A stretch of DNA of 64,000 bases, from positions 232,120 through 296,119 of the IMG/VR virus record IMGVR_UViG_3300035698_035366; one strand, 5' to 3'. Below, piece after piece: positions 10,154 through 18,253 of the stretch. Numbering within the stretch: the first letter of the stretch is position 1; the number at the start of each line of letters is the position of its first letter. The notes below the pieces were generated by a model. The model searched no databases, was not told the origin of the DNA, and worked only from the letters and a program-made list of their open reading frames with translations. Made by a program: the position numbers and the translations under genes.

Positions 10154-10701
10154 GTCGATTAGGAATATTCTTATCACATGCTCAATTCTTGTGATCCCGG
10201 CATTTCTTACGGTCCAACACATCAGGAAACAGAATGCCGAAATTGTTTCCTTGAAGAATCAGGTTGGTGTTTTGTCGGCTCTAACATGGACAACAAGCAC
10301 CGCACGAATGAAACCCTCAACGGGAATAAAATCATCCAAACCCCGAACTAATACGAGAAGTATATCACATGCAACGGGTCGGTGGTTGCGACCCGGATAC
10401 ACGCACAAACCCACCTACCGCTCCTTCACGTCAAAGCCTCCAAATTCGATGCATAAAATAAATTATTCAAGAACGGTTGGTCCCGCTACCCCGTGCGGTA
10501 AAACTACAAAGGGAAGGCAATAACACAATGTATCAGAAACTTTTTTACACAGTAACGTCGCCCAATAACGAAGGGTTTCCTGATTGGCAATCCGCCTTGT
10601 TCGCAACAGTCGTTAATTTGGTTATCATCCCTGCCCAGATTTATGGTTTGGTGTTCTTAGTTACGACTGCTATCAAGCACGCTTGGAATTTTTAGAAACA
10701 A

Positions 10702-11037
10702 ATGAAAAACCTTTTCCAATGGATTAATGGTCGGCAATTAGATTGTGAATATCAAAAATTTACAATCTGGTTCTTCTCCATCGGAAATTTCGGAACCGAC
10801 TGTTACATATTGCACTATCTACCAAACACAAATCTTCCGGAGCATACGGATCCAGTAAAAGGAAAGAATCATTATCGTTTAAATATCAACTTGTTTGGCG
10901 GTGGCGGATTTATATGTAAGAATGTAATTTTTAAATTTGGGACAATCGTTTTGTTTCGACCAGACAATGAACCACATTCAGTTATCAATAGTAATCATAA
11001 TCGTTGGATTTTAAGCATCGGATGGGTAAAGAAATGA
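10702..11037 (+). CDS. 2OG-Fe(II) oxygenase-like small protein
   Basis: HTD...H(SV)...R(WILSIGW) facial-triad pattern. Confidence 0.7.
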   Translation: MKNLFQWINGRQLDCEYQKFTIWFFSIGNFGTDCYILHYLPNTNLPEHTDPVKGKNHYRLNINLFGGGGFICKNVIFKFGTIVLFRPDNEPHSVINSNHNRWILSIGWVKK

Positions 11038-11289
11038 ATCACCGTAAAGCAATTAGATCGCATGTATTGAAAAAGCTGTCAACTCGAATTGATGTTCATG
11101 ATGGAACGACTGTTATCACTGAACTAAAAAGGCAAATCCGTGAGGGCGAAGCAATCAAGTTGCGTAAATCAGATTTTCTAAAGAAACGTCATAGCAAATG
11201 GCGATGTTTTTATGATAACAACAACGTCGTTGTTGTATTCGACGAGTTACATTCAACTATTATGACTGTATATCTTTAAGGAATATATT

Positions 11290-11751
11290 ATGGGACGCCG
11301 TAGGAAACGTCGGGAACGAGCATACGATTCCCAGGAAAAGGTGACGCCAATCATCGTTGAATATTGGGGTAACTACCCAGTTGGCGGAAGTGGATTGAGT
11401 ACATCTATCCAAATCACATTACAAGGTATGGCTCTACGAATTGTTGACTTAGAAGAAGAGATCGATGTTAGCTTGTCAATCATTCCTGGATATCACAATG
11501 AAGATAACGAAGTCGGGTATGGTGAAATATTAGCATCTCTACCATATACAATCGAGATTACCAAACATAACTGGAACGGCTTCAAAGACTCGAATTATAA
11601 GCTAAACTTCTCCATTAAGTTGAAGGATTTCGAAACCCTTAAAACATTAATGGAATGGTATGATGACAATGTACCAGAGTTTACCGGCATTGATGAAATT
11701 AATATGGATTTTTCTAGTCGAAGGGTGCAAGCTATTGACCTTCTAGTATAA
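11290..11751 (+). CDS. Hypothetical protein
   Basis: 153-aa ORF with RBS aagga. Confidence 0.6.
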   Translation: MGRRRKRRERAYDSQEKVTPIIVEYWGNYPVGGSGLSTSIQITLQGMALRIVDLEEEIDVSLSIIPGYHNEDNEVGYGEILASLPYTIEITKHNWNGFKDSNYKLNFSIKLKDFETLKTLMEWYDDNVPEFTGIDEINMDFSSRRVQAIDLLV

Positions 11752-12048
11752 ATAAACTTAACAGGAGTACAGAGAGCGGAACCTTCCCAGAAGATTCCAA
11801 AGAATTATATTTTAGCAGATGTTTATCTGTGCATGTAGCAAAAGCGAAGCTAGTAAACAAAAAAGTTTGCTAAAATATATAGTAGTTACAACAACCTAGA
11901 AAAAGGATTGTGGATTTTTCCAATTTTTTTCAAAATAAAGGTTGACGTAACTACGAACCCACTGTATACTCCTAAAACTAAGCAAAGGAAACGATGCTTG
12001 GTGGGATTAACCTCCCAAAATTATTTTCAACTTTTTTAAAAAAAGGAG

Positions 12049-12077
12049 TTGACAATAGATCGAAGTTAGTGTAGTAT
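12049..12077 (+). promoter_or_regulatory. Sigma70-type promoter for the leader/tRNA array
   Basis: TTGACA-N17-TAGTAT; a second TTGACG-N17-TATACT at 11942-11970. Confidence 0.8.
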
Positions 12078-12146
12078 ATAAAAACATTAACAAGCGTTAA
12101 CGGGCAATGGTGCCCAAGCAATTTTAAGGACTTAGGACAAACGAAA

Positions 12147-12368
12147 ATGTTTATCGAGACCAGACATATACAGACAGCGATTGCAAATGGCGTAAGCCAT
12201 ATTGTCGAGCTGTTGACTGGTGGGCTAGAAACATTATCACCTTGGTCAAACGGTGGAATCGGCTCAATGCAACTGGTCCAAATATGTGAAGATGATACAC
12301 GACCAGTAAAGAACCCTGAATATCGTTTTATTAATATTAAGGGTGGAGGTTCAAGTATGTTGCGGTAA
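12147..12368 (+). CDS. Putative attenuator leader peptide of the tRNA array
   Basis: 73 aa, all 20 amino acids, 41 distinct sense codons; last codons form the 5' strand of an antiterminator. Confidence 0.65.
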   Translation: MFIETRHIQTAIANGVSHIVELLTGGLETLSPWSNGGIGSMQLVQICEDDTRPVKNPEYRFINIKGGGSSMLR

Positions 12369-12437
12369 AGAGCACATACATAGCGCACACGGCGCAAATT
12401 GAACCTTCCAAGCAAAACGGCTTAGGAAGGTTTTTTT
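12344..12437 (+). terminator. Intrinsic terminator with overlapping antiterminator (attenuator)
   Basis: Terminator aaccttcc-aagc/gctt-a-ggaaggtt + T7 (12402-12437); tggaggttcaa (12344-12354) pairs with ttgaacct(t)cca (12399-12410). Confidence 0.8.
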
Positions 12438-12762
12438 GTACCTAAGCGTTAAGATCGGAGAAGCGGAAGAGTGAAACAGTTGGAGTTAATGAATGGAAAA
12501 TGTGACTTAGAGATTACTTAAAGAATTACCAAATTGGCATCGAGGTGTCAAGGAGGTGAGTGGGATACGCGGAACGAGGCTGCGGGATTAACCACTATAA
12601 ATAAGATCCAAACGGGCGGCGGCGCGGAGTAACACAAAGCGTCGGTAGACACAGTCGTAGTTGACAGAGTCTACGGTGGTGTAGCCGTATGCGGCAACAT
12701 AACGCCACCAAAAAATAAGCAGAATTTGGGGGTGGGTTCACCGTCCGTGGCCCACCCCATAA

Positions 12763-12837
12763 CGCCCCATAGTTTATCGGTTTAGAATTCCGGTTTTTCA
12801 CACCGGCGAGCGGGGTTCGATTCCCCGTGGGGCGACC
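12763..12837 (+). tRNA. tRNA-Glu(TTC)
   Basis: cgcccca/tggggcg acceptor; ccggt-ttTTCac-accgg. Confidence 0.9.
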
Positions 12838-12851
12838 CAGTTAAAATTTAT

Positions 12852-12924
12852 AGCGGGTTGGAGAAGTAGTTATCTCGACGTCCTCATAAGGCGTAGGTCG
12901 GCAGTGCAATTCTGTCACCCGCAA
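12852..12924 (+). tRNA. tRNA-Met(CAT), initiator-like
   Basis: acgtc-ctCATaa-ggcgt; mismatched 1:72; T-loop variant gtgcaattc. Confidence 0.8.
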
Positions 12925-13040
12925 CAAAACTTGGCTCTCGACTGACCGTCCCGATATTAAGAGCAAAGGTCATATGATATTTAATTATCTGCCACAAGCA
13001 GATATGAAGGTCATTAAAAAATTGCCGCCAAGTATTTTAT

Positions 13041-13115
13041 GCTCCGTTAGCTCATTGGTGGAGCGGGACACTGAAGATGTCCGCGTAGGTAGTTCGATTC
13101 TATCACGGAGCACCA
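13041..13115 (+). tRNA. tRNA-Phe(GAA)
   Basis: ggaca-ctGAAga-tgtcc; CCA end. Confidence 0.92.
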
Positions 13116-13121
13116 ATTTAT

Positions 13122-13197
13122 GCCTTTCAAGCTAATCTAGAGAAAGCGACGGATTGAAGACCCGTAGAGCCTGGAGCGTAACCAGGGAAAGGCACCA
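13122..13197 (+). tRNA. tRNA-Phe(GAA), non-canonical T-loop
   Basis: acgga-ttGAAga-cccgt; T-loop agcgtaa; CCA. Confidence 0.8.
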
Positions 13198-13301
13198 AAC
13201 ATTATTTGGTCACTGCAAAGTGTGTTAGCGACGGCTAATAGTTTAGGTGAGTATAGCACTCTTAAAGGGTACAGAACCGTCGCCTAATGCCAATGTTTTA
13301 T

Positions 13302-13390
13302 AAGGGTTGATCCTGCCCGCGGTATCAAACCCGTGGTCTTGAATAAGGCAGGAAGCAGGACGAGGGGAGCGTTACCTCCAACCTTTGCTA
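13302..13390 (+). tRNA. Atypical Trp-like tRNA with rearranged D region and ambiguous anticodon loop (tatcaaac)
   Basis: aagggttg/caaccttt acceptor, G73; tcctgc pairs with gcagga 3' of the anticodon arm. Confidence 0.5.
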
Positions 13391-13396
13391 ATTTAT

Positions 13397-13476
13397 AGGG
13401 GTGCCTGTATCGGTGAACTAAGCCGTCTCCAAAACGGTGCTTCGGCCTGGGAGTTCGAATCTCTCCACCCCTGCCA
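13397..13476 (+). tRNA. tRNA-Trp(CCA)
   Basis: gccgt-ctCCAaa-acggt; G73-CCA; odd D arm. Confidence 0.85.
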
Positions 13477-13485
13477 ATATAATAT

Positions 13486-13570
13486 GGGAAGGTAAAGCTA
13501 GTGGCTCTAGCAAGTGGTCTGTAAAACCACTCTCTTCGGGGGCGAGGATCGATACCTCACTTTCCCACCA
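13486..13570 (+). tRNA. tRNA-Tyr(GTA)
   Basis: gtggt-ctGTAaa-accac; long variable arm; CCA. Confidence 0.88.
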
Positions 13571-13772
13571 ATTAAAGCAGATACAGTCAATAAACATTCT
13601 GCCGTAGACACCATGTGTTGGGCGCAACTCATGTTGAAAACGGGTGACCCTGTTGAGACTATATGAAGGACTTGGTCTCCTTTAATCTGCACATGGCCAG
13701 AGAATATCGAACGAGGTGGTGGCTGATCCTGTCCGGGATGGGCCGTATGTTTCATACCGGGGGCCACCCTAA

Positions 13773-13850
13773 CGCCCCATAGTTTATCGGTTTTAGAACG
13801 CCGGGTTCTCAACCCGGAAAGCGCGGGTTCAACTCCCCGTGGGGCGACCA
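13773..13850 (+). tRNA. tRNA-Glu(CTC)
   Basis: ccggg-ttCTCaa-cccgg; paralog of 12763; CCA. Confidence 0.88.
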
Positions 13851-14136
13851 AAATAATACTTGACAATAAATTGGATGTTGTTATAATACTTAAATACTGT
13901 TCGTTAATTGGACAGATTTACAACCGGGGAACTAGTCCACTACGACGCCGGAAACATTGTAAATCCCGAAAGACGATTTAGTGTGATGGTTATAAGGTTA
14001 GACGGTGTCGGTATGTGGTCAACCCGCCCGTGACGTTATAATCACAGCGCAGGCTGGAGGCCTTAATGCGGGACGCAGGTACCCGAGGTGAGATGATAGG
14101 CCGTTAGTGGATAGGATGGGATCCATTTATTTTTAT

Positions 14137-14211
14137 GTTCCTGATGCCGACGAAGTGAGGCCTTGGATTGCAAATCCAAAGTACCGGATGCAAGCGCCGG
14201 CGGGAACTCCA
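14137..14211 (+). tRNA. tRNA-Cys(GCA)
   Basis: ttgga-ttGCAaa-tccaa; U73-CCA; variant T-loop. Confidence 0.8.
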
Positions 14212-14311
14212 AAACAATACTTGACACTTATAAATAGATGTGTTAGTATTACAGAATAAGCATTGCGCTTATAACGCCATAATGGCAGTCAACATGATAA
14301 AGGAAAAGACA

Positions 14312-14650
14312 ATGGAATTAACAACTCAACATCAAGCTTCGATTTATAAAGGCATTGGTCACGTAATTGGGGCCATCCCAACCAAAGCATTTAGACTTCA
14401 TAACAATTTGCGGAATGTCAACCGATCAGTTCGGTTTTATGACAAATATGGAAACTCCATGTTATTTTCCGGTAATGAAATCTGCACCAACGATACTCTT
14501 AATCAACAAGGTGCTAGGTTGAATGTCGGTGAAGCAGGCCAAAAATACTCCTTGATTTGGCCAGATGACTTGGAAAAATTCAGGGAGATGTTCCAATACG
14601 ACGTTTCAAAGAAAAATGAAGTATTAATCGAAATCGTATCAATATTCTAA
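14312..14650 (+). CDS. Hypothetical protein
   Basis: Likely start ATG 14312 after aaggaa. Confidence 0.6.
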   Translation: MELTTQHQASIYKGIGHVIGAIPTKAFRLHNNLRNVNRSVRFYDKYGNSMLFSGNEICTNDTLNQQGARLNVGEAGQKYSLIWPDDLEKFREMFQYDVSKKNEVLIEIVSIF

Positions 14651-14764
14651 TTCAACAATTTGCATTACAGTCCACAGCGTTCAAGAGCTTAGGCATTAGG
14701 TGGCTACTGTGGTTGAACCCGTTCAAATCGGGTTAAGAGACTCTTGATAATGCAAAGATTTTAT

Positions 14765-14840
14765 GGACCATGACTCAGCAAGGAACGAGACCTGCTTTAC
14801 ATGCAGGATTTGCGGGGAGCGTTACCTCGATGGTCCACCA
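14765..14840 (+). tRNA. tRNA-Val(TAC), non-canonical T-loop
   Basis: cctgc-ttTACat-gcagg; T-loop agcgtta; CCA. Confidence 0.82.
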
Positions 14841-14845
14841 AATTA

Positions 14846-14982
14846 TGAGGTAGTTGGCTAGGTTGGCGGTTCGACTCCGTCGTTCCTGATGGTCAGGTGT
14901 GGTTCGAGTCCACGTTAAATTAAGCGGAAAACAAATAGGGTAGCACCCGCCTATTAAGGTTCAACTCCTTAATACCTCACCA
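14846..14982 (+). ncRNA. tRNA-like RNA with three T-arm hairpins
   Basis: tgaggta/tacctca-CCA acceptor enclosing ggttcgactcc, ggttcgagtcc and ggttcaactcc hairpins; no anticodon arm. Confidence 0.6.
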
Positions 14983-15053
14983 ATATAGTGTGCGCCAAAT
15001 GGCGAAGGCTCGGTCGCTCCGAGCATCTTGCGGGCCAAATTGGCCCGCATTAT

Positions 15054-15129
15054 CCGGGTGTGGGAAAGTCTGGCTTAATCCGTTCGCTTTGGGAGCGAAA
15101 GACCGCAGGTTCAAATCCTGCCCCCCGGA
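15054..15129 (+). tRNA. tRNA-Pro(TGG)
   Basis: ttcgc-ttTGGga-gcgaa. Confidence 0.85.
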
Positions 15130-15149
15130 CAGAGAAATTATAAACATAA

Positions 15150-15225
15150 CAGGGTATAGCTCAATCTGGTAGAGTAGGGGCCTCGGAAGCTTCGGGTGCC
15201 GGTTCGAATCCGGCTATCCTGACCA
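15150..15225 (+). tRNA. tRNA-Pro(CGG)
   Basis: ggggc-ctCGGaa-gcttc; CCA. Confidence 0.9.
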
Positions 15226-15235
15226 ATAAAACAAT

Positions 15236-15320
15236 GGGTGGCGCAGCTAATGCGATGTCTGGGACCGACGCGGGCTCTTAATCCGTGAACCAAGGGGTTC
15301 AATTCCCTCGCCACCCGCCA
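15236..15320 (+). tRNA. tRNA-Lys(CTT) with expanded D region
   Basis: gcggg-ctCTTaa-tccgt; gggtggc/gccaccc; ~25-nt D region. Confidence 0.7.
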
Positions 15321-15326
15321 ATTTAT

Positions 15327-15408
15327 CCCTGAGTGGCGGAACGGTATACGTAGCGAGCTTAAACCTCGTGGCTTCGGCATGTGAGTTCGACTCTCACCTT
15401 AGGGACCA
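15327..15408 (+). tRNA. tRNA-Leu(TAA)
   Basis: gcgag-ctTAAac-ctcgt; variable arm; CCA. Confidence 0.9.
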
Positions 15409-15418
15409 ATAAAATAAT

Positions 15419-15494
15419 GGACCGGTAGCTCAGAGGCAGTAGCGACGGGCTCTTAACCCGTAGGTCGAGATTTCGAAATTCTCCCGGTTCACCA
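15419..15494 (+). tRNA. tRNA-Lys(CTT)
   Basis: acggg-ctCTTaa-cccgt; CCA. Confidence 0.9.
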
Positions 15495-15545
15495 AAAATA
15501 TTGACATTAAACATAGATATGTGTATAGTTTATAAATACAAAATT

Positions 15546-15631
15546 GCCTGAGTGGCGGAACCGGTATACGCGAAGGTCTCAAAAACCTTTGTCCTTGCGG
15601 CATGTGAGTTCGAATCTCACCTCAGGCACCA
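15546..15631 (+). tRNA. tRNA-Leu(CAA)
   Basis: aaggt-ctCAAaa-acctt; CCA. Confidence 0.92.
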
Positions 15632-15674
15632 ATATATAAATTTAGGCAGGATTAATCCGTAAGTCCTATTTTAT

Positions 15675-15753
15675 GCCCGAGTGGTCAAATTGGTAAAGAC
15701 GTCCGCCTAAGAAGCGGAAGATTTTGTGGGTTCGAGTCCCACCTTGGGCACCA
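15675..15753 (+). tRNA. tRNA-Leu(AAG)
   Basis: tccgc-ctAAGaa-gcgga; A34 anticodon; CCA. Confidence 0.88.
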
Positions 15754-15850
15754 ATAGATTTTTGTTCGATTGTGCGGCTGGTCCCAAACAATCGTTCAAG
15801 AGAAGACCAGTTGAACGCAAACTGACCAGAGTGCGTTATTAAACTGGAGG

Positions 15851-15914
15851 CCGTCGTCTAAAAGAAAGGACGCCCCCGTTGAGGGGGAAATGGTGGGTGC
15901 GAGTCCCCTCGGCA
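15851..15914 (+). pseudogene. Degenerate tRNA-like element
   Basis: D-like tcgtctaa..ggac, ccccc-gttga-ggggg arm, gggtgcgagtccc T arm, short acceptor. Confidence 0.45.
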
Positions 15915-15939
15915 AAGTGCTTCTTACATAAATAGTTAT

Positions 15940-16164
15940 ATGAGATACGAACACATCATACAAGAAGAACCAGTTATATCAAGTTGGATTTCAGATCTAA
16001 CGTATGATGATGGTGACGTGATCATGGCATTAAATTCAGGGCGTGAATATCAAATACAAGATGTTCCGTTAGATGTTTATGAATCATGGATGGAATATGG
16101 TTCAAAAGGTCAATTTTGGCACGGGTATATCCGTGGTATGTACCAAGTTTGGCGAATTGCTTAA
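15940..16164 (+). CDS. KTSC domain protein
   Basis: SSWISDLTYD...SGREYQIQDVP..VYE.W....SKGQFW..IRG.Y. Confidence 0.88.
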   Translation: MRYEHIIQEEPVISSWISDLTYDDGDVIMALNSGREYQIQDVPLDVYESWMEYGSKGQFWHGYIRGMYQVWRIA

Positions 16165-16192
16165 ATTTACAATACAATTATACTTATACTGA

Positions 16193-16269
16193 TCCTAGCG
16201 GTCCCTGTCGGCAAGGGAGCGGCGCTGTTAACGCCGTTGTTCCAGGTTCGAGCCCTGGGCTAGGAGCCA
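16193..16269 (+). tRNA. tRNA-Asn(GTT)
   Basis: cggcg-ctGTTaa-cgccg; tcctagc/gctagga; G73-CCA. Confidence 0.85.
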
Positions 16270-16409
16270 AATTTGTTCAGACCTGATTTGCAAGTCAACT
16301 GAACATCGCTCGGACGATGGGCTTCATGAGCTTATCACATGCGAATTAAAATGGCTTTAACTGCGGCCGCGGTTGACTCCAGGAGATTTGCTTCCGAGCA
16401 ACCAATTAT

Positions 16410-16493
16410 GCGACGCGTAGGCGAGAAGGTTCTGCCGCTGGGCTTCCACCCCAGTCCGAAAGGTGTAGGGTTCGATTCCCTCGCGTCGCTCCA
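16410..16493 (+). tRNA. tRNA-Gly(TCC) with 8/4 fold and long variable arm
   Basis: gcgacgcg/cgcgtcgc 8-bp acceptor, 4-bp T stem aggg/ccct, ctggg-ctTCCac-cccag, U73-CCA. Confidence 0.75.
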
Positions 16494-16501
16494 ATATAAT
16501 T

Positions 16502-16660
16502 TTCTCTGTAGCTTAATGATCTTCATTGATGACGGTTCCGACGGGAACGGAATGAAGGCCGCAAGGCGTTGCAATGGTCTAGAACATTGTGTTAGTCGCC
16601 GATAAAAGGGCAGAGCGCCACCCGCGGAGGTTGGAGGTAGGGTTCAATTCCCTTAGAGAA
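16502..16660 (+). ncRNA. tRNA scaffold with ~90-nt structured insertion in the D loop
   Basis: ttctctg/tagagaa acceptor; tagcttaa...ggcagagc D arm split by an insert; agggttcaattccct T arm. Confidence 0.55.
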
Positions 16661-16668
16661 TTTAGTTT

Positions 16669-16742
16669 GCTCCTGTGATGTTCTGGGAACATATCCGGCT
16701 GTCTACCGGACGAGGTGGGTTCAATTCCCATCAGGAGCGCCA
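16669..16742 (+). tRNA. tRNA-Asp(GTC)
   Basis: tccgg-ctGTCta-ccgga; G73-CCA. Confidence 0.85.
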
Positions 16743-16745
16743 ATT

Positions 16746-16818
16746 GGGCGTGTGGTGAAGCGGTTAACACAGTGGATTGTCTATCCACCATTCGCAGGTT
16801 CAAGTCCTGTCACGCTCG
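16746..16818 (+). tRNA. tRNA-Asp(GTC)
   Basis: gtgga-ttGTCta-tccac. Confidence 0.87.
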
Positions 16819-16868
16819 CAAAGCTTAAATACTAAATAGTATATAATAATATTATTGAGGTTTAAATT

Positions 16869-17537
16869 ATGCGATTAAATGAAATAGACGCAAAACGTCC
16901 AGATCAAAGACATCCTGATGTAGAATACGAAGAGGTTCCAAAAAAGAAATCAGAACCTGATGTGATCGACAGCGTTATCGCATACCTTTCTGGCGGAGAA
17001 TCAGGAGCATACACAAAGCTTGCAAAAAGATTCAAAGATATAAAGGACGCTGAGGCGCAACTTATCGAGAATAAAAATAAATTAAATGCAGAACTAAAAG
17101 AAAACGTTGATAATTTATTTCCAGAAGCCGACGATATTTTTACAAGAGTTGTTGATACCGCGTCATTAGTTATTAAAATTGGGAAAGCAGAAAAAGCTCA
17201 CCAGATTGATAGATTTGATGCAGAAGGTTATATCAAAGAAATTGAAAAAATGTTTCCGGAGTTAACTGAATCTTTTAAAACAGTCCGTGAAAAATTTACC
17301 ACAGTTCAAGAGATTGCTGCAAAATCTCCCAAGCTTTTAACTCCCAAGTTGAAAGATAAAGGTGACGACAAGATTAAGAAAACAACAAAAACCGAAACCG
17401 TTATTTACGAAGGAATCGGCGAAAGATTTTCTCAGTATCTTCAAGCAGTTGCTAATAAAATCGGAAGGCTTCTTAGTAATTGGGACAAGAAATATGCAGA
17501 TATCAATTCAAGATTAGAATCTGCTATTGCAAATTAA
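16869..17537 (+). CDS. Hypothetical late protein (MRLNEI-type N-terminus)
   Basis: 222 aa; TAAATA motifs and RBS gagg upstream. Confidence 0.7.
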   Translation: MRLNEIDAKRPDQRHPDVEYEEVPKKKSEPDVIDSVIAYLSGGESGAYTKLAKRFKDIKDAEAQLIENKNKLNAELKENVDNLFPEADDIFTRVVDTASLVIKIGKAEKAHQIDRFDAEGYIKEIEKMFPELTESFKTVREKFTTVQEIAAKSPKLLTPKLKDKGDDKIKKTTKTETVIYEGIGERFSQYLQAVANKIGRLLSNWDKKYADINSRLESAIAN

Positions 17538-17560
17538 TCAAATACATATTATAATATTAT

Positions 17561-17650
17561 ACTTGGCGTAGCTCAGGGATGCTTGATAAGCAGGGTAGAG
17601 CAGCCGCGCGAGAACAGCGGTGTGACGGTGGTTCGAAACCATCCCCAAGT
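17561..17650 (+). ncRNA. tRNA-like RNA with a hairpin inserted in the D loop and a 9-nt anticodon loop
   Basis: tagctcag[ggatgcttgataagcag]ggtagagc; gccgc-gcgagaaca-gcggt; ggttcgaaacc. Confidence 0.55.
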
Positions 17651-17660
17651 ACAAAATAAT

Positions 17661-17739
17661 GCCCTTGTGGTCAAATTGGAAAAGGCGCTCGGTTTAGGTC
17701 CGAGAGATTTTGCAGGTTCGAGTCCTGCCAGGGGCACCA
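17661..17739 (+). tRNA. tRNA-Leu(TAG)
   Basis: ctcgg-ttTAGgt-ccgag; CCA. Confidence 0.9.
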
Positions 17740-17747
17740 GAAATTAT

Positions 17748-17821
17748 ATCCTTGAGGTCCAGGGAATGGACACCTCCTTGTCCGGGAGGAGATCACCACT
17801 TCGATGTGGTCAAGGATGCCA
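17748..17821 (+). tRNA. tRNA-Asp(GTC), divergent
   Basis: cctcc-ttGTCcg-ggagg; atccttg/caaggat; G73-CCA. Confidence 0.72.
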
Positions 17822-17902
17822 AGCTTAGAAGTGGATGGGAATTGACACCTTGTTACTCTCCCAGGTAATGTAGGATGCAAGCCACGCTAGGCGTAAAATT
17901 AT

Positions 17903-17980
17903 GCATCTGTATCCCTGTCCGCTGCGAACGGATTGAAAGGTAATTGGATCATGCACGTTCGAATCGTGTCAGGTGCGCCA
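17903..17980 (+). tRNA. tRNA-Arg(GCG) with D-loop displaced 3' of the anticodon arm
   Basis: gcatctg/caggtgc; only 7 nt before gtccg-ctGCGaa-cggat; taattgga after the arm; canonical T arm; CCA. Confidence 0.72.
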
Positions 17981-17990
17981 AAACAAATAG

Positions 17991-18147
17991 GTGAACGGTA
18001 GTAGCCTTTGATGTGCGGATGGAGTTCGATTCTCCTACTGGATGGGTTCGACTCCCACCCGGGCTTGGTTTAGCAAAACATCATACGCGAGAGCGTGTCG
18101 CGTCAACATTGGTCGATCCAACGGAAACCAAGGATTGAATGGCGCAC
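17991..18147 (+). ncRNA. Structured RNA with two tandem T-arm hairpins
   Basis: ggagttcgattctcc and gggttcgactccc side by side; tgatgt/acatca and cttggttt/aaaccaag pairings. Confidence 0.5.
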
Positions 18148-18158
18148 TTTTATTTTAT

Positions 18159-18237
18159 GCGTCTGTATGCCGCCGGTTTTCGAGACCGGAGAAAGCTAAC
18201 TGGACACATGCGGGTTCGACTCCTGCCAGGCGCGCCA
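18159..18237 (+). tRNA. tRNA-Arg(TCG) with D-loop displaced 3' of the anticodon arm
   Basis: gcgtctg/caggcgc; ccggt-ttTCGag-accgg; agctaactgga after the arm; CCA. Confidence 0.72.
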
Positions 18238-18253
18238 AGTTATAAATACTTAC

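Noticed and set aside
10693-10702. TAG of the 10528-10695 ORF is in frame with the next gene (possible read-through fusion)
   Set aside because: One-in-three chance of being in frame, and the two proteins look like independent domains.
13302-13390. Opal suppressor / tRNA-Sec from the TCA in loop tatcaaac
   Set aside because: The loop is 8 nt with no U33 in the TCA register and lacks Sec-specific arms; better read as a degenerate Trp-like gene.
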